This document shows, piece after piece, positions 25,663-45,444 of a DNA stretch of 64,000 nucleotides. The notes under the pieces are model-generated. The model saw nothing but the letters and a program-made list of their open reading frames with translations. It was not told the origin of the DNA and made no database searches. Numbering within the stretch: the stretch's first letter is position 1; every line of letters begins with the position of its first letter. The position numbers and the translations under genes were made by a program. Source of the stretch: the human T2T-CHM13v2.0 reference genome, Homo sapiens; NCBI RefSeq assembly GCF_009914755.1, contig NC_060939.1; one strand, written 5' to 3'.

Positions 25663-26399
25663 TCTTCCTCTCATGGTGCTGGTGCCTTACGTCATTTTAA
25701 AAAACAGAAGCCAGGTGTAGTGTGAGTGGTGGAGATATTGACTGCAAGGGGAATGTGATCATTTAACCAGTGAATTAAACATTAGTGTAGGGCGGTTATG
25801 TTGTTGGAGATTATGAACTGATAATTTAGTAAAGTATATGTAAAGATTAGTGGTATTGTGTGTAACCAAGAGGAATGGTGGCTGTGGGTTGGAGATGCAA
25901 GGCAGGGAGTTGTGGTAGAAGGCTGGAAGTGGTTAGTAGGAGAGGGCAGCCAGGTGGTCTTCTCCTCGGGAGGTCAGAGGGTTGACTGATATGAGGCAGG
26001 TGCCTCCTGGGAAAAGTAATCATCTCTTTTACTTTTCATAACCATTGCCAGATTTGCCTTTAAAAATGGAAGTATGGGGGTGTACATTTGAGCAGAGAGC
26101 AAAGAAAATACCAGGATTGTGGGCCAAGCACACAGGAGTTCAGGAAGAAAAGCAAAGATGCTCTGTGTCCATCGTGTGCCTTAGAAGAGGCAATCCATTG
26201 GCAAGCACTGCCGGGTGGAGGTTTCACTGTAAGAGGCGAAGTCATGTCTGGTACAGGACGTGAGGTCATCTCCAGCATCGACTGAAGTCTTGGGTTGGAG
26301 CAATGTTATCTGAGGCACTGTCATTTCCAGCAGTTGGATTTTGGGCTAGGGTGATGTTGTCTGGGATATGGGACTGGGGTCTCTTTTTTGAGTGGGTGT

Positions 26400-27250
26400 C
26401 CCCTGGAATGGATGCTGTAGACCTCCGGACTGTAAACCAGTGAAAGTATCCAAAGCAGTAGTAATAAGATCAGCAGTCAACAGACGTGGGCAGCTCTCCC
26501 TGGCAGGGCTTCTGTTTGGTTTGGTTTTGGTGGAAGTTTAATTTTAAGTGGGTTCTGTATCAGATGAGCAGCTGCCTGCCTGTTGGTCCACAGTTAATGA
26601 GTTCTAGGAGAGCATGTTCCCTCAATCTTATGGGATGGGGGTAAGATGGAAGATAGAAGATTTATAAAAAGTAGGTTAACGCCTGGGGCAAGATAGAGAA
26701 TTTTAGTGATTTATGTGTTGGACTGGAATTGGAAAAGAGGTTATTTGAAAACATCACTGTGTCTTGGAGTTAAACTGGTTATCAGGGACCTGTCAGGGGC
26801 ATGAAAGTTCTAGTGAATGCCTTTCTCAAGAGCCCAGCATCATGGTGTATTCTAAGAAGTAAAATGTGTTTTGGTTACTACCAGTGATGTCTGTAACTTT
26901 GAAGGGAATTAAAAGTGTTCTGGAAAGGCCTTATAGTGTGGCCTTAGAATGTGGGGAAATGTGTGATTTTGATGTCTTTTGGGTATCTGTGAGGCAACAA
27001 TATCCCAGAGCTCTTTACCTTGAAGGGGACAATTTCTAGAGAATGACCTGATTGTTTCTAATCAATTTGACCATTTGTTGGCCAGGGCATCCAGGGCCAA
27101 GATGACTCCCTGAAGCTTGGCCAAGTCTGTTTCTTGGGTCCCATCCTTTATCAGGGACATCTTAGCTAAGGGATGGGAAGCGGTAACATTCCACCAAGTT
27201 CCACCACATAGGATGGTCAGCAGTGCCATCTGTACAGTCTACAAACTCCC
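26400..27250 (-). pseudogene. RNase H and integrase remnants
   Basis: CTDGTA and AKLQGVILALDAL (~27085-27240, RNase H-like) and TALDTFTG (~26435-26460, integrase-like). Confidence 0.6.
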
Positions 27251-27677
27251 ATTACTGTTCACTCAGGGAATCTCATGAGCTTTCAGGTAGCCAAGGGCTC
27301 TGTAAAAGGGGTGAGCTCTTCCAACACTCTGGCATATGAAAAGGGGCTGAGAACAAGGAAGGCACCCCCTCCTGTAGGTGGAATATGCCAGGGGGCCCAG
27401 GTTTTGATCCATCCTGTCTTAGGGAGGCCATTATAGCTGTGCTGAGCTGGTCGGGGTACAGGTTCCATGACCCACAGCATAACAGGAAGTTGGGAATGCA
27501 GAGTCACAGGCTCAGGGACTGTGAGAGCCTCTGTTTGCAGGAGAACCCAGAGGGTAGCCAGCAGTTGGCTGTTTTAGTGGAATGTAGGACAAGGCCAAGA
27601 GGGGCAATTTTTGCTATCAGAAGTTGTGGGGCAACCAATGGCCATCATAAGTGGTCCGTAGACACCATGAGGCATGA

Positions 27678-28033
<356 letters not shown>

Positions 28034-28149
28034 TGAAGGTGCTAGTGAGATTGCCTGTTGATTTTAATTTATAAGTAAAATTTATAAATGAGGAATATGT
28101 TGCCACCAGAACCCTAAAAGTACTAAGAGATACTGGACTTACACGTCCT

Positions 28150-29042
<893 letters not shown>

Positions 29043-29049
29043 TAATTTA

Positions 29050-29290
29050 TTATTTATTGTATCAGAGCATCTGTGCTTAATATAGACTATATTACAGCAA
29101 TGGGTGCATGACTATAGGAAATTTAGGCAAGGCTACAGTTAAAATGATGCATATTTATTTTTCTCTATTTTATATTTAGCTATTTTTTAAGATGGTAGAG
29201 GCACAGTGTTTAAATTTACTGAGATCTCCAGGTATAACTATGATTTGAGCCCCAGTATTGACTAAGCCCAGGAACTTTTGCCAATTGGTA
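29050..29290 (-). pseudogene. Retroviral aspartic protease remnant
   Basis: QKFLGLVNTGAQIIVIPGD at 29221-29280, a decayed L-V-D-T-G-A motif. Confidence 0.75.
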
Positions 29291-29447
29291 CATTTTAGCA
29301 AATGTTAAAGTCAAGTGAGAACCTGTGTTGTAGAAGCGCAAAAGCCAATCCATGCCCTTTGAAATATTTTTGTTAAATTATTTAGTATATAAATTTATAT
29401 ATACAATTTGAATTTCCAATTGGATCAATTGGATCAAATCATAGTAA

Positions 29448-30070
<623 letters not shown>

Positions 30071-30475
30071 TAATGTAGTTATATGTTATACATATACTAT
30101 AGAATCTATTTATTATGTGTTCATATTAAAATATTATATATGTGTATATATAATTTATTTAATTACTTTTAACTCCCTTCTCCGTTGTATCTAGGGGAGT
30201 TTGTTTTTAAATCAATAAATGGTCTAGAGCTTTCATTATGTTTGCTAGACCTAGCATTGACTTGGTACATACATTTTTTTTTAAGTGGCAGCATTCCCAC
30301 CCCCCTGCCTTTTGTTTTGTTTTGTTTTGTTTTAGGCTCAGGCCGCCAGAAGCTGAGAGTCTTTGTTTCTGCCTCTAGTTGATGAGAGGATGCAGAGGGC
30401 AGGGAGTAAGGGGCTGGTGCTTCTAGGCAGTGGCCTCTCTCTGGGATGCCCCCTTCCTGCATGATGATCAGTTTC

Positions 30476-30866
30476 TGCCTTGGTCTGTTTTGTGCTGCTA
30501 TAACAGAAGATCTGAGACTGGTTAGTTTACAAAGAACAGAGATTTATTTCTTATAGTTCTGGAGGCTGGGCAGTCCAAGACTGAGGGCCTGCATCTGGTC
30601 AGGGCCTTCTTGCTGTGTCATAATATGGCAGAAGGCATCACATGGTGAGAGGGTGTGTGAGTGTGGGGAAGGAGGCTGAACTCCTTTTGTAGGGAACCCA
30701 CCTCCACAATAACAAGTCCATTCCCACGACAATGGCATTAATTCATTTATGAGGGCAGAGCCCACAAGGCTCAATCATGTCTTTAAGGTCCCACCTCCCA
30801 GCACTGTTGCATTGGGGATTGAGTTTCCAACACATGAACTTTGGGGGACACATTCAAACCACAGCA
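30476..30866 (-). mobile_element. MaLR solo LTR (MST/MLT1A type) nested in the provirus
   Basis: TGCTATAACAGAA...TTCTGGAGGCTGG...CATTCAAACCACAGCA, typical of MST/MLT1A LTRs. Confidence 0.8.
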
Positions 30867-31666
30867 GTCCCTTTCCTTTTTTTCATTAAGCAAAATCTTT
30901 AGAATGGCTTATATTTTTAGGCAGCTAAAAAAAAAATTTTTTTTTCCTTTGTTTTTAGATGTTGACCTGATGCGCTCCTGCTGGTCCTAACTGGCCCTCA
31001 TGGTGAGCAGTGGCCTCCATTTGTGTTTCTCATCAGGATCATTTGTAGGCAGCCACCTCCCTCTTAGGGTGTCCCGGTTGACCTCATTAGGGTCAGGGGG
31101 CAATGAAGAGTGACAGAAGCAAGGGAACGAAGCAATATAGGGCTTGCAGACACCGGCAGAACTGCTGCCAGTGACTGCCATCACCTACATGAAGGGGGAC
31201 ACTTTGTTGTCAGTCTGGGAAGTCTTTGTTGTCAGTCTGGGAAGCCTAGTGACCTCTCTAGATACTGCCTCCCCATCTCAGTGGGTAGTCAGAGTGTGGG
31301 CCTCCCTTTTGCACCCTGCTAGGCCTTTGTGCTGGCCCAGTGTCCACCTGACAGCTCCAGGGCAGAGGTGACCCCCTTCTGCTTCTCAGTAACAAGCCAT
31401 CAGGCCTTCTGAATATAGTCAATAGAACCCTCACCAGAACTTCCCACTCAGGGGAGTGTCCTATTAAGGCTGGCAGTTGAGCATGGGGTCCATTGGCAGA
31501 GGGGGGCATCCCAAGAACCACTTGGAATTTCTAGGACGCACCCAACTTAGGGAGGGGAGTCTTGGCAACACTCAACAAAGACCACAGGCTGCAGCATACA
31601 GCAGTGGGGACCCACACTAGTGAGCCCTGGGGCCTCCTCAGATGGGGTCAGCCACATGGCTAGTGA

Positions 31667-32034
<368 letters not shown>

Positions 32035-32353
32035 ATGTGATTTTTGTTGTAATGGTTTCTTTCTAATTTGGTCTATTTAGAGTGGCCAAAAGCCAAGATA
32101 GCCACTCTAGGAAAGCCCTGGCAGGGGAAAGTTGGGTGCAGGTGTATCATTCAGGTGAGACACAATGAGGAGGTGACACCCACATGCATGAAGCAGAAGA
32201 AAAACAGCTCCTGGAGAGGTTAGGGGTGCCCATGGGAGGCCCAGGGGAAGTCTGGAGGTGACAGGGAGCTCAACTAGCTGGTGAGGGGCAGGAGGAAAGA
32301 GAGAGGATCCATGGGACCAGGCCTTTATTTAGGTCCATGGGTGTTATTCCCTA

Positions 32354-32787
<434 letters not shown>

Positions 32788-33114
32788 TCAGTGAGATGAG
32801 GAGCAATAAGGCCATGTCGCACACAACCACATAGGGAGGGGAAGTTTTAACTCACCCAAAGGTGACGGGGTACAACTGAGTTTCCAACAATTTACATTGG
32901 GCCTAAAAGTGGGTGGCGAGGCAGCAACTGTATTAAACAAATTGATAACATAGGACCATCTTACGGAGCACCTTGGCTGCCGAGTGAGCAATAGGGAGCC
33001 ACTGAAGGTTATGGAGCAGAGGAATAATGTAAGTGGAGCTGCACTTTAGGGAGGTCTAATGGAAAATGATTTAGAGAAACAGAAGGCAGAAGACTAGCTA
33101 GAAGATTCTACTCA

Positions 33115-33692
<578 letters not shown>

Positions 33693-33720
33693 AGATTCTA
33701 CTAATCTTGATACACTGTTA

Positions 33721-34093
<373 letters not shown>

Positions 34094-36154
34094 TCAGAAG
34101 TGGGAAATGGAAGAGTATCAGAGTGGCAGAGGTGGTAAGTGGCAATGGTAACATCACAAGGAAAAGCTTAAAAGGGTTTGGGGTGGATGATGATCAGACC
34201 AACCATGGGATTGGACCCACCATCATGGCTTCAGCATGAGAGGGAGCCGCAAAATTATACCCAGTCAATCACCTGATTTTCCATATTTGATAGTATGTGC
34301 ATGCATTTCAGCCAAAAACCCAGTGCTTGGGCCCATGAAAAGAAAAGAAAACTTAGTTAATTCATTATGTTTCTCTTTAGCCTTTTCTCCCACAGGCCAG
34401 TCATTTGCTATGTCGTGGTAAGGACCATAATCAAGGCAAAAAAAAAAAAAAAAAGATTTTGTTGTTGTTGTTGTTATTCAGTAAACTATCAGCCACAGGA
34501 ATAGAAAGCAAACACATTTTTCATGGTTGTTTCATGAATTTGGACGAGAGAAAAGGGTGACCAGAAAGCGGACTTTTCCGTGAGGCTTTGACTGTGTGAT
34601 TTGCTGACTGGTTTATACATGAACATAGTTGCAGGGTTTGGGTAACCACAGTGGCAGGAGAACAGCTGGGATGTGGTCAGCGAGCACATCTCCCAGCCCC
34701 ATAACAGCACCCACAGAAGCCTGTCCTTGACAACTGAGAGACCTTGGGGCCAGCCGGCTCACGTGCTCCCTTCATGGTGGCTTGGCAGGGAGGGCAAGGC
34801 TTACCAACTTCTTTATATCAAGGCTGGATCAGTTTGGAATTTGTTTTGCTATTATTGACTGCGCTCCTTCCCTGCAAACTCTTTCTATATATATCGTAGA
34901 CTCTGTCTCAGTCCTCATGACCACTGTATGAGGTGGGTAGGAGTATTCCCATTTTCTAGGAAACTGAGGTTCCAAAAGCTAAGTGAATGGATGAACAAGT
35001 GGTAGGGTCAGGATTAGAATCCATGTCCACCTGAATCCAAAACCAGTGCATTTTCCACTAGGCATGTGGCTCATTTTCCTTACTGTCTCCTCACCTCTCC
35101 TGCTAGGCTTGATGGAGAAACACTATGGGGAGCAAGCTTGTACCCCACTTTCTGCAGCACTGCCAAAGCTAGTGGAGTATGAATGTGGTACTGTCACCTC
35201 CAGTCAATGCACCCACTGTCCATAGACAAGCTCTGCCGGTGCATTGTTCTTCTGGTGGGCTCTGCCCACCTTGTGAATCACCGGGAAGCTCAGGGAGACA
35301 GTGGATTTCCTAGAGCACTCAGATGAGATTCCAGGAAGTGACTATGTCATACCTGCTGCCAGGGATCTTAGGGTGGTCACCAAAGTTCGAGCCCTTTGGA
35401 AGAGATCTCACTGGCTGATATAAATAAATTCTCATAACTCATGCATGGAGGTCTTGTTGTTGAGTTTCCAACCAACAACAGGTTTTAAAGGTTCTCCTAA
35501 GAGAGTACCCAGGCATTGAGTCTATTCTACAGATTAGACAAATTCAGCCATGAATGTGGGAATGGGGATACTCAAGGATCTACCCAATGTCTGGAGGATT
35601 TGCTTGAGAAGCTCAATTATTTTTTAACAAAAGTGGCCACTAGTATTTTTAAATATGCAGATCATGTTGAGGTTATATATCAGTTAGGGTAAAGCTGGAC
35701 TGCTACAACAAAGAGACCCAATAATAACCTGACTAAAGTTTATGTATTTCTCATATAACAGTCCAGTAATTTCAATTGCAACAGTCCAGGGTGAGCTTTT
35801 GAGACTGGTGGGAGATTCAGCTCCATGTGGTCATTCAGGGATTCATGTTCCTTATTAGTCATTGTTCCACAATAATCCACAATTATTGTGATCTGCATAA
35901 TTTAAGCTGTGTTACTGCCAAGCCTGGGCTGTAGCCTGTAGGAAAGGTAAAGGGTGTGGAGGAAACAGGGCTCTTCTTGCATCCTTACTTCCTCTCCTGT
36001 TAAGTCATATGTGCCCATCTAGCTGAAAGGGAGGCTGGGAAATTAATGCACTTGGGCAGCCATTGTTTTACTGTTAGGAAACAAGGGAGCTTAGATTTTG
36101 TGGACAACTAGCAATATTTGGTAGACAACTAGAAGCTGGGTGCATCTCATTGAT

Positions 36155-36330
36155 CTAGCATGGCATAGAAGAGGAAGTGCTGGCTCTGGACCCTGAAGAC
36201 GTGGGTTCGAATCCTTGCTCTGTCATTTTAAACTGGATAAGCTGCCTCATCTCTCTGACCATGGCTTGCTTCAACTGCTGTGCCTTCCTTAAATAGCAAT
36301 TGGGAGGATTGTAACACAACAGGTGCTTGA
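36155..36330 (+). mobile_element. MIR with intact Pol III B-box
   Basis: TGGCATAG A-box-like motif and GGTTCGAATCC at 36204-36214. Confidence 0.65.
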
Positions 36331-38830
36331 TACCTTAGTCATGGTTGCAAGAAATGAAAACCAGCTTGAGTTAGCTTGAGAAAAGGGAGATTTAATTTGA
36401 GGTCCAGGTCATCTCAGAGAACCCAAAGGCAGGAATTATAGATGGATCTTTGTAGGGAAGAACTGGAATTTGAAGGCAAAAGGAGGAAAGAGGAGGGAAT
36501 TTGAGGAGCCCTCAATCCATTAGCAAAAACAGCTGGTACTAACTCCAAATTAAATCCTGACTGCATCTGTTTCTCTCCTGTACCTCCTTCCCTGGTCCAG
36601 GTGACCTTTGAGCCTTCTCTGGACTGATGACTGACCGTTCCCTCTGCCTTCATTCTTATGCTCTCAAATCCATCCTTTCACACAAGAGCAAGAGTGAAAT
36701 TTAGAAACATTAATGAGATATGTCTGCTGTTTGAGACCTGTAGTGTCTTCCTGCAGCAATGCAGAATAAAACCCCAGCTCCTTACCCTGGTTTACCAAGC
36801 CCCATGCAATGTGACCTCCCCTCCCTGACTGCATCTGCCACTCTTCCCCTCTTCCACTTTGCTTTAGCCACGTGGTCCAGCTGTATATAAACATATCATT
36901 TAAATCTTTCTCCTGCCTCAGGACCTTGGACGACTATTTTCCCTTCCTGGAGAAATCTCGACACTTTGTGCTTTTAGTAATCCACACTTCAGTATAAAAT
37001 CTTAGAGTGACCTCTATCACGTCAGCCTACTTTAATTCTCTACACAGCCATTAACACAATTTTATAGTTTTCTCACTAATATACTTATTTGTTGTTACCC
37101 AATTCCCAGACCCCATCGCCCCAATAAATGCAATCTTTATAAAAGCAGGGAACTGCCTATCTTGATCTCTGATGTATCCTGTTTGCTTAGGAATACTTTT
37201 TGAATGAACGGAGTTAATTTAAAAAAATATATGTAACTTTACTGCTTGTAACCCTTTCAAAATTTAACTCTGTATTTTGAACTTCTTTCCACTTCAACGA
37301 ATACACAATTACTATATGCTCACAGTATTCCATTACTTAGATACCATAACCAATGTAAACAACTTCCTGCTGTTGAATATTTAGTGAATATCCTTATATA
37401 GAGACGTCTTTGCACATTCTTCATTATTTCCTAGAATACATTTATACATGTGAAATAATTGATTTAAAGGATAGTCTACTTCTAAGATTTGATATATAAA
37501 GCAAAACTGACTTCTAGGGAAACTGCGATTGTTTTTATGTCCTCTGACGGGGCATGAGAGTGCCAGGTTCCCCAGGCCCTCGGAGAAGGACTATTATCAT
37601 TTTTTATTTTGCCAATCGGATGCACTAAAAATGTCATCTTGTTGTATCAATTCATGTTTTAAAAAATTACCAATGGTGTTGAACATTTTTCTTCTACTTA
37701 TTGTATTTAATTCTTTTGTTCCTCTCCTTGACTCTTTTTTTAAAATAAGCGCATCATCTTCGCGCGTTATTCTTGGTTATGGGTTTCCTCTTTCATCCTC
37801 AGAGACTCACATTTAGGTGGGAGAACATTTGCAAGAATGAGGGAAATTGATTCTTGCCATGCACTCTAAGCTCCCAAGAGGCCCTCTCCTTCCTCACCAT
37901 TAGAATACAAATTGGCTGCTGGGGAGTGAGGAACCTGTGTGAAGAGAAGTCAACAGTGACTAAGAGGCCGGGCTTTATACAATCCCAGTCACTGGTGCAC
38001 CCCTCTCAAAGGCTTCCAAACCCTTACAAATTGCTTCTGAATATCAATGGGAATCTCCTGCTTGGCAAACAACTTAGGCATCAGCACCTTTATCAGAATG
38101 AAAGTGTTGATTTCTCCATTCTGCAGAACTGCTCAGAGCTGACCAAAGCCAACCAATTACATGGGTATTTATTGAGCACCCAAAGCATTGTAGACTAGTT
38201 GGGGAGATGCCTTCCTGGGTCTTTGAAGGACATCTGGAGTGATTTAGGCCTCATCATAAGATATAAGCAAAAGCATTTCCTTCTACAGTTAACACTGGAG
38301 CAGGCCACATCACAGGGCCAGCCAAGCTTTGGGCCAAACCTCTATCATCACCAAGATAGAATCAACAGCTTCGGACTTAGACTGAGTATGGAAATCCATA
38401 TTTAGGAGGTGGTTAACAATGGTCAAATAGCGAAAACAATATTTTTGTTGTTAGTCTTTAATTTTTCTGCTCTTGTTTTTCAGGAAGGTGTGACTTGCAG
38501 AGGAGTTGATTCCTTCTTATGTACATTTACTGGAGAAGTTTACAGCAGGAGACTGGGGTCTGAGACACACGCATCTTTGGTGAGAGAAGATGGGGATGCA
38601 AGCTAGGTCCCCGTATACGGCTATGGGAGGGGACTGGTACCCCCACTCCAGTGCTCTTAAACAGTGATCGGCTTTCCAGGAAGCTCTACATTGTCAATGA
38701 AAGGGCTGTTCTTTACACTTTACTCTGAGGGTTTTTTTTTGTGTGTGCATACGTACACAAGCATGCATAGTCACGAGCAAGCACGACTGTGTGCATGAGT
38801 TCAAGTATTCTTTCTGAAAAGAAATGATGA

Positions 38831-39609
<779 letters not shown>

Positions 39610-39949
39610 TAACTGTGATGTCCTGTTTTAATGGAAAATTGACTTTTGCAGTGTGCCCCAAAGAATAAAGCCCTCAAAGGATGTGAAGCCTGAACTCACT
39701 TCAAATGCTGGAAAGGCCCTTTCCTTAGCTGAGCTGTGGAGGAACCAGGACTCCTGTGGCACTGCCCTAACGAGGAGGCAGTGCTGCCAGATTCAGGTGG
39801 GTGTCCCCTCGGGTGGGGCTGGCTGGACTGTGGACAGGAGGCACCATTCAGCCCACAGGAGAAGCTGCCTTGGTGCAGGGGAGGGTCCTGTGATCCAGGG
39901 GCCTGAGCAGGTTTGGAGGGAAAGCTGAAGAGGAAAAGTAAGGATGTAA

Positions 39950-41131
<1,182 letters not shown>

Positions 41132-41779
41132 TACCCCCGCAACTACCGGTTCACCCCCTCTTCCTCCCTCCTTCCTGGCTTCCTCCGATTATATTCATTT
41201 TAAAAATCAGTGGGTCTCCAGGGAAATTATTCAAGGGGCCAATGTATGCCGCCAAAGTTAAATAATCAGAGTCTAGACATTGGTTTTTTAATTTAGGGAA
41301 CTCAAAAATAAAGCAAAAAGATAAATACAAGTAAAAAGAAGTTTCACTATGTTCCCTGGGGTTAAAAAAAATGCATGGTAGGGAGCTCTGGGAACCCTGA
41401 ACTGAAAAACATACAGAATCAATTAAATGGATGCAGAGCGATGGCGGGTGATGGCTCCCCGTTGTCTCTTCCCTGTGTCATCATTCTCGCTAATTCTCAG
41501 GGCTGGAGACTCTAGAGGTATTATCAGGAGATAAGAGGCCAGTCTCATATTCCTGGGAGAAAAATCCCCGCCGATTTGCAGTAAGATCTTGGATTTGACC
41601 TATGACTTTTATGTCACAAAGGATCAGCGATTGCAATTCGGGTAATAGAAGAGGCCAAGTCAGCTTTCTCTTTTTCCTGCCTCCCGTCCTCCCTCCCCGC
41701 CTCCAAAGGACAACCTCAATTTGTTTGGAATTATATTTAAGCAGCAACCTGATGAAATACCTACCAGAGGCAAGGGTGG

Positions 41780-42460
41780 CATCCGCATTCCTTGTGTTAT
41801 CTGGTCGGACGCCCCCGCAGGCCGTCTAACTTATTCAAAGGCGCGGCTGAGCGTTTGCAGCGCGGTCTGCACTGAGATTCCAGGCCCCACGTGTCGCACA
41901 TCGCGGTGGCCGCGCTTGTTTTCATGATGCTGGGGATGCGGGTGTTGTGCTCTTGGAGAGGGGAAGGGCTTGGGAAATGTAACTTACGAATCTTCTTAAC
42001 GGTTGCCAACAAAACTCCGCAGCTGAGCTGCAAGCACTGGACAAGGGGCGCCCGGCAGCTCCCCCGCAGAGCGCACGGCGGACCCGGGGTTGGGGGTCGG
42101 GGGCCCAGCAGTGCCTTCACCCCGGAGGGCTCCAGTCACAGCCCAGAGGGGTCGACCCTCTGGCCTGTGAGTTGCTGCGAGGCTGTGGGCTGGGGAGAGG
42201 GATTCTCGAGTTCAAAGGCAAGGCTTGCAGCCACCTGTCGCTGGAGGAGGAACTGGTGGGGACGCCCGGGGAGGGGGTCGGGCTGGGCAGGAAGGGCAGG
42301 GACTCTTCCCGAAGGACAGCGGACGGGAGGTGGTTTCTGTAAAATAATACCGAGGGATCCGAGAGCCGACACTTCAGAGCCCCCAGACCCCCTGTCCCTG
42401 GGAAGACCAACTAGCAGGAAGTCACGGCCACTTCTAAAGGAGTCGACATTTTGCACGCTT
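41780..42460. promoter_or_regulatory. Orphan CpG island ~20 kb upstream of RGMA
   Basis: Local CpG enrichment in non-repeat DNA, CACGTG E-box at 41888-41893, no recognisable exon. Confidence 0.6.
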
Positions 42461-43159
42461 TCACACTGGTTTTAGCACTTTTATGATCTGATTGAAAAGT
42501 AGTCGTAAAAAAAAGAAAACCTAAAATTAAAAATTTAGAAAATAGATTCGTGAAGTCATAACAATTTACATACATACAACTGAAAAAGCGCGCTTAGGTG
42601 TGCAAGGTGTTTCATGTGCTATGGAAAATGGTGTGCGTGTGGGAGCTGGAGGGTGGGGGGGATGGTCTCTAGACTCCCCGGTCCGTGGCCTACATGTGAG
42701 AACCAATAGACTAGAAGTTTAAACAATCAGACTTCTCCCTCTACCTTATGTGAGGGAAACTTCTGAGCTTCCAAATCCATACATTCAGCCCAGATGCAAT
42801 CGCTGTGTTGAACGCTTGTGTCCAGATGCCTGTGGGCTACATGGATGTCTCACAGGTAAAAATCAACATTTCTAGACTTCTTTCTCTGAGTTAGAGCTGG
42901 GAAGTTACTTTGGATGCCTCCCTCTTCCTCAGCAATGCTTCTTCCTGTCTCCTTAGTCACCACATTTGGCAACTTCCTAAAGCATCTCTGGAACCCCACA
43001 CCCCCACTCTCTGGCCCTTCCCTGTCATAGCCTGGCTCAGGCCTTCCGTGGCCATTGTCAGGGGCTCAAACCACCTTCACTTGACCCTTCTGACGCTCCC
43101 ATGTGCCATACCATTCCCATGCATAACACCTCTCCCCTAAGAAGATACGCAGCACCAGC

Positions 43160-44400
43160 AGTCATAAGGGAAATGCAAATCAAAATCACAAGATACCACT
43201 ACTTACCTAAAGGAATGGCTAAAATAAGAAATAGCAGCAACACCAAATTCTGGCAAGGATGTGGAGAAAACACATTACTCATACATTGCTGTTGGGAATG
43301 AGAAAAGGTACAGTCACTTTGGTGGGTGGTTCTTTTTTTTATTTTTGAGATGGAGTCTTACTCTGTCATCCAGGCTGGAGTGCAGTGGCACTATCTCGGC
43401 TCACTGCAACCTCTGCCTCCCAGGTTCAAGCGATTCTCGTACCTGAGCCTCCCGAGTAGCTGAGACTACAGGCACTTGCTACCACGCCCATCTAATGTTT
43501 GTATTTTTAGTAGAGACAGGGTTTCATCATGTTGGCCAGGCTGATCTCAAACTCCTGACCTCAAGTGATCCTCCTGCCTCGGCTTCCTAAAGTGCTGGGA
43601 TTACAAGCGTGAGCCACTGTGCCCACCCCCAGGTACAGTCACTTTGCAAAACAGTTTGACAGTTTCTGTAAAAACTAAACAAGTAACTACCACACAACAA
43701 TTGCATTCCTGAGCATTTACCCCCTGAGAAAGAAAAACTATGTTCACAGAAAAACCTGTACACAGATGTCTACAGCAGCTTTATTCGTAATAGCCAAAAT
43801 CTGTCCTTCACTGGCTCAGAGGTCCTTCGACAGGTGAATAGTTAAACAAACTGTGCTACATCTATACCCTGGAATGCTACTCAGCAACAGGGAGTGGAGT
43901 ATTGGTACTTGCAACAGATTAGATGACTCTCCAAGAAAAAATGTCGAGTATGGCAAGCCAAACCCAAAAGGTGTATATAATCGTACGATTCCATTTATAT
44001 AGCATTCTTGAAATGACAACATTTTGCAAATGGAGACCAGATTAGTAGTTGCCAGGGATTTGGCTTGAGGGTCAGGGTGCAGGGAAGTTTGTGTGATCAT
44101 AACAGGAGAGAGCCGTGTGGGTTGGAATTGTTGAACAATAGTTGACTGTGATGACGGATACACGAACCTACAGAGGTGATAAAATTGTATAGAGTTGATA
44201 CACGAACAGCAATGAGTACAAGTAAAACTGGGAATCTGAATAAGATGGGAATGGATTGTATCAGTATTAATACCCTGATTGTGAGATTGGACTATAGTTT
44301 TGCAAAAATGTTACCATTTGGGGAAACTGAGTAAAGTATACAAGATGTTTCTCTATTATTTCTAACAACTGTATGTGGATTTACGCTTATTTCAATTTTT
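43160..44400 (+). mobile_element. L1M (L1MC/MD-like) 3' end with antisense Alu at 43333-43629
   Basis: L1 ORF2 3' motifs and an L1M-type 3'UTR. Alu TSD AGGTACAGTCACTTTG. Confidence 0.8.
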
Positions 44401-44428
44401 GAAGTTTGTGAAAGATTTTTATAATTAG

Positions 44429-44935
<507 letters not shown>

Positions 44936-45311
44936 CATAATTTTGTTTTAAACTGCAAGAAAACTCCTAAACTCAAACTCCTCCTGGGCACCTCATCACC
45001 TACAGGGAAACTCTCTCAGTGCCCTTGGGTGCCCTGGCCCTGGCATTACCCACCTGCTGGTGTCCTGTGAACCCTGCCTTGCCTTGCCAAGCCTCTGGGG
45101 TCTGTGTTGTCTCCTAACACAGGCATCCAGCTTCTCTCAACCTGGAAAATTCCGTTTCAGGGCCCTTTCCAAGGCCTGGGAAGGGATTTCAGCACAGTGT
45201 TCACATGATCCTAAGTTTTGTAAATTTGCAAAAATAAGATATTTTCATTGCAATCAAGAGTCACCTGAAGCGTTTTATTTCCTTGTCCTCTTGTTGCCTC
45301 CACTAGCTGAG

Positions 45312-45444
45312 TAGTCCCAGCTACTCAGGAGGCTGAGGCAGGGGAATCGCTTGAACTCAGGAGGCACAGGTTGCAGTTAGCTGAGATCACGCCACTGCAC
45401 TCCAGCATGGCGACAGAGCAAGGCTCTGTCTCAAAAAAAAAAAA
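45312..45444 (+). mobile_element. 5'-truncated Alu (right arm)
   Basis: GTCCCAGCTACTC...GTCTCAAAA. Confidence 0.9.

Noticed and set aside
36160-36230. tRNA gene suggested by GGTTCGAATCC
   Set aside because: No cloverleaf or acceptor stem; the context is a MIR head.
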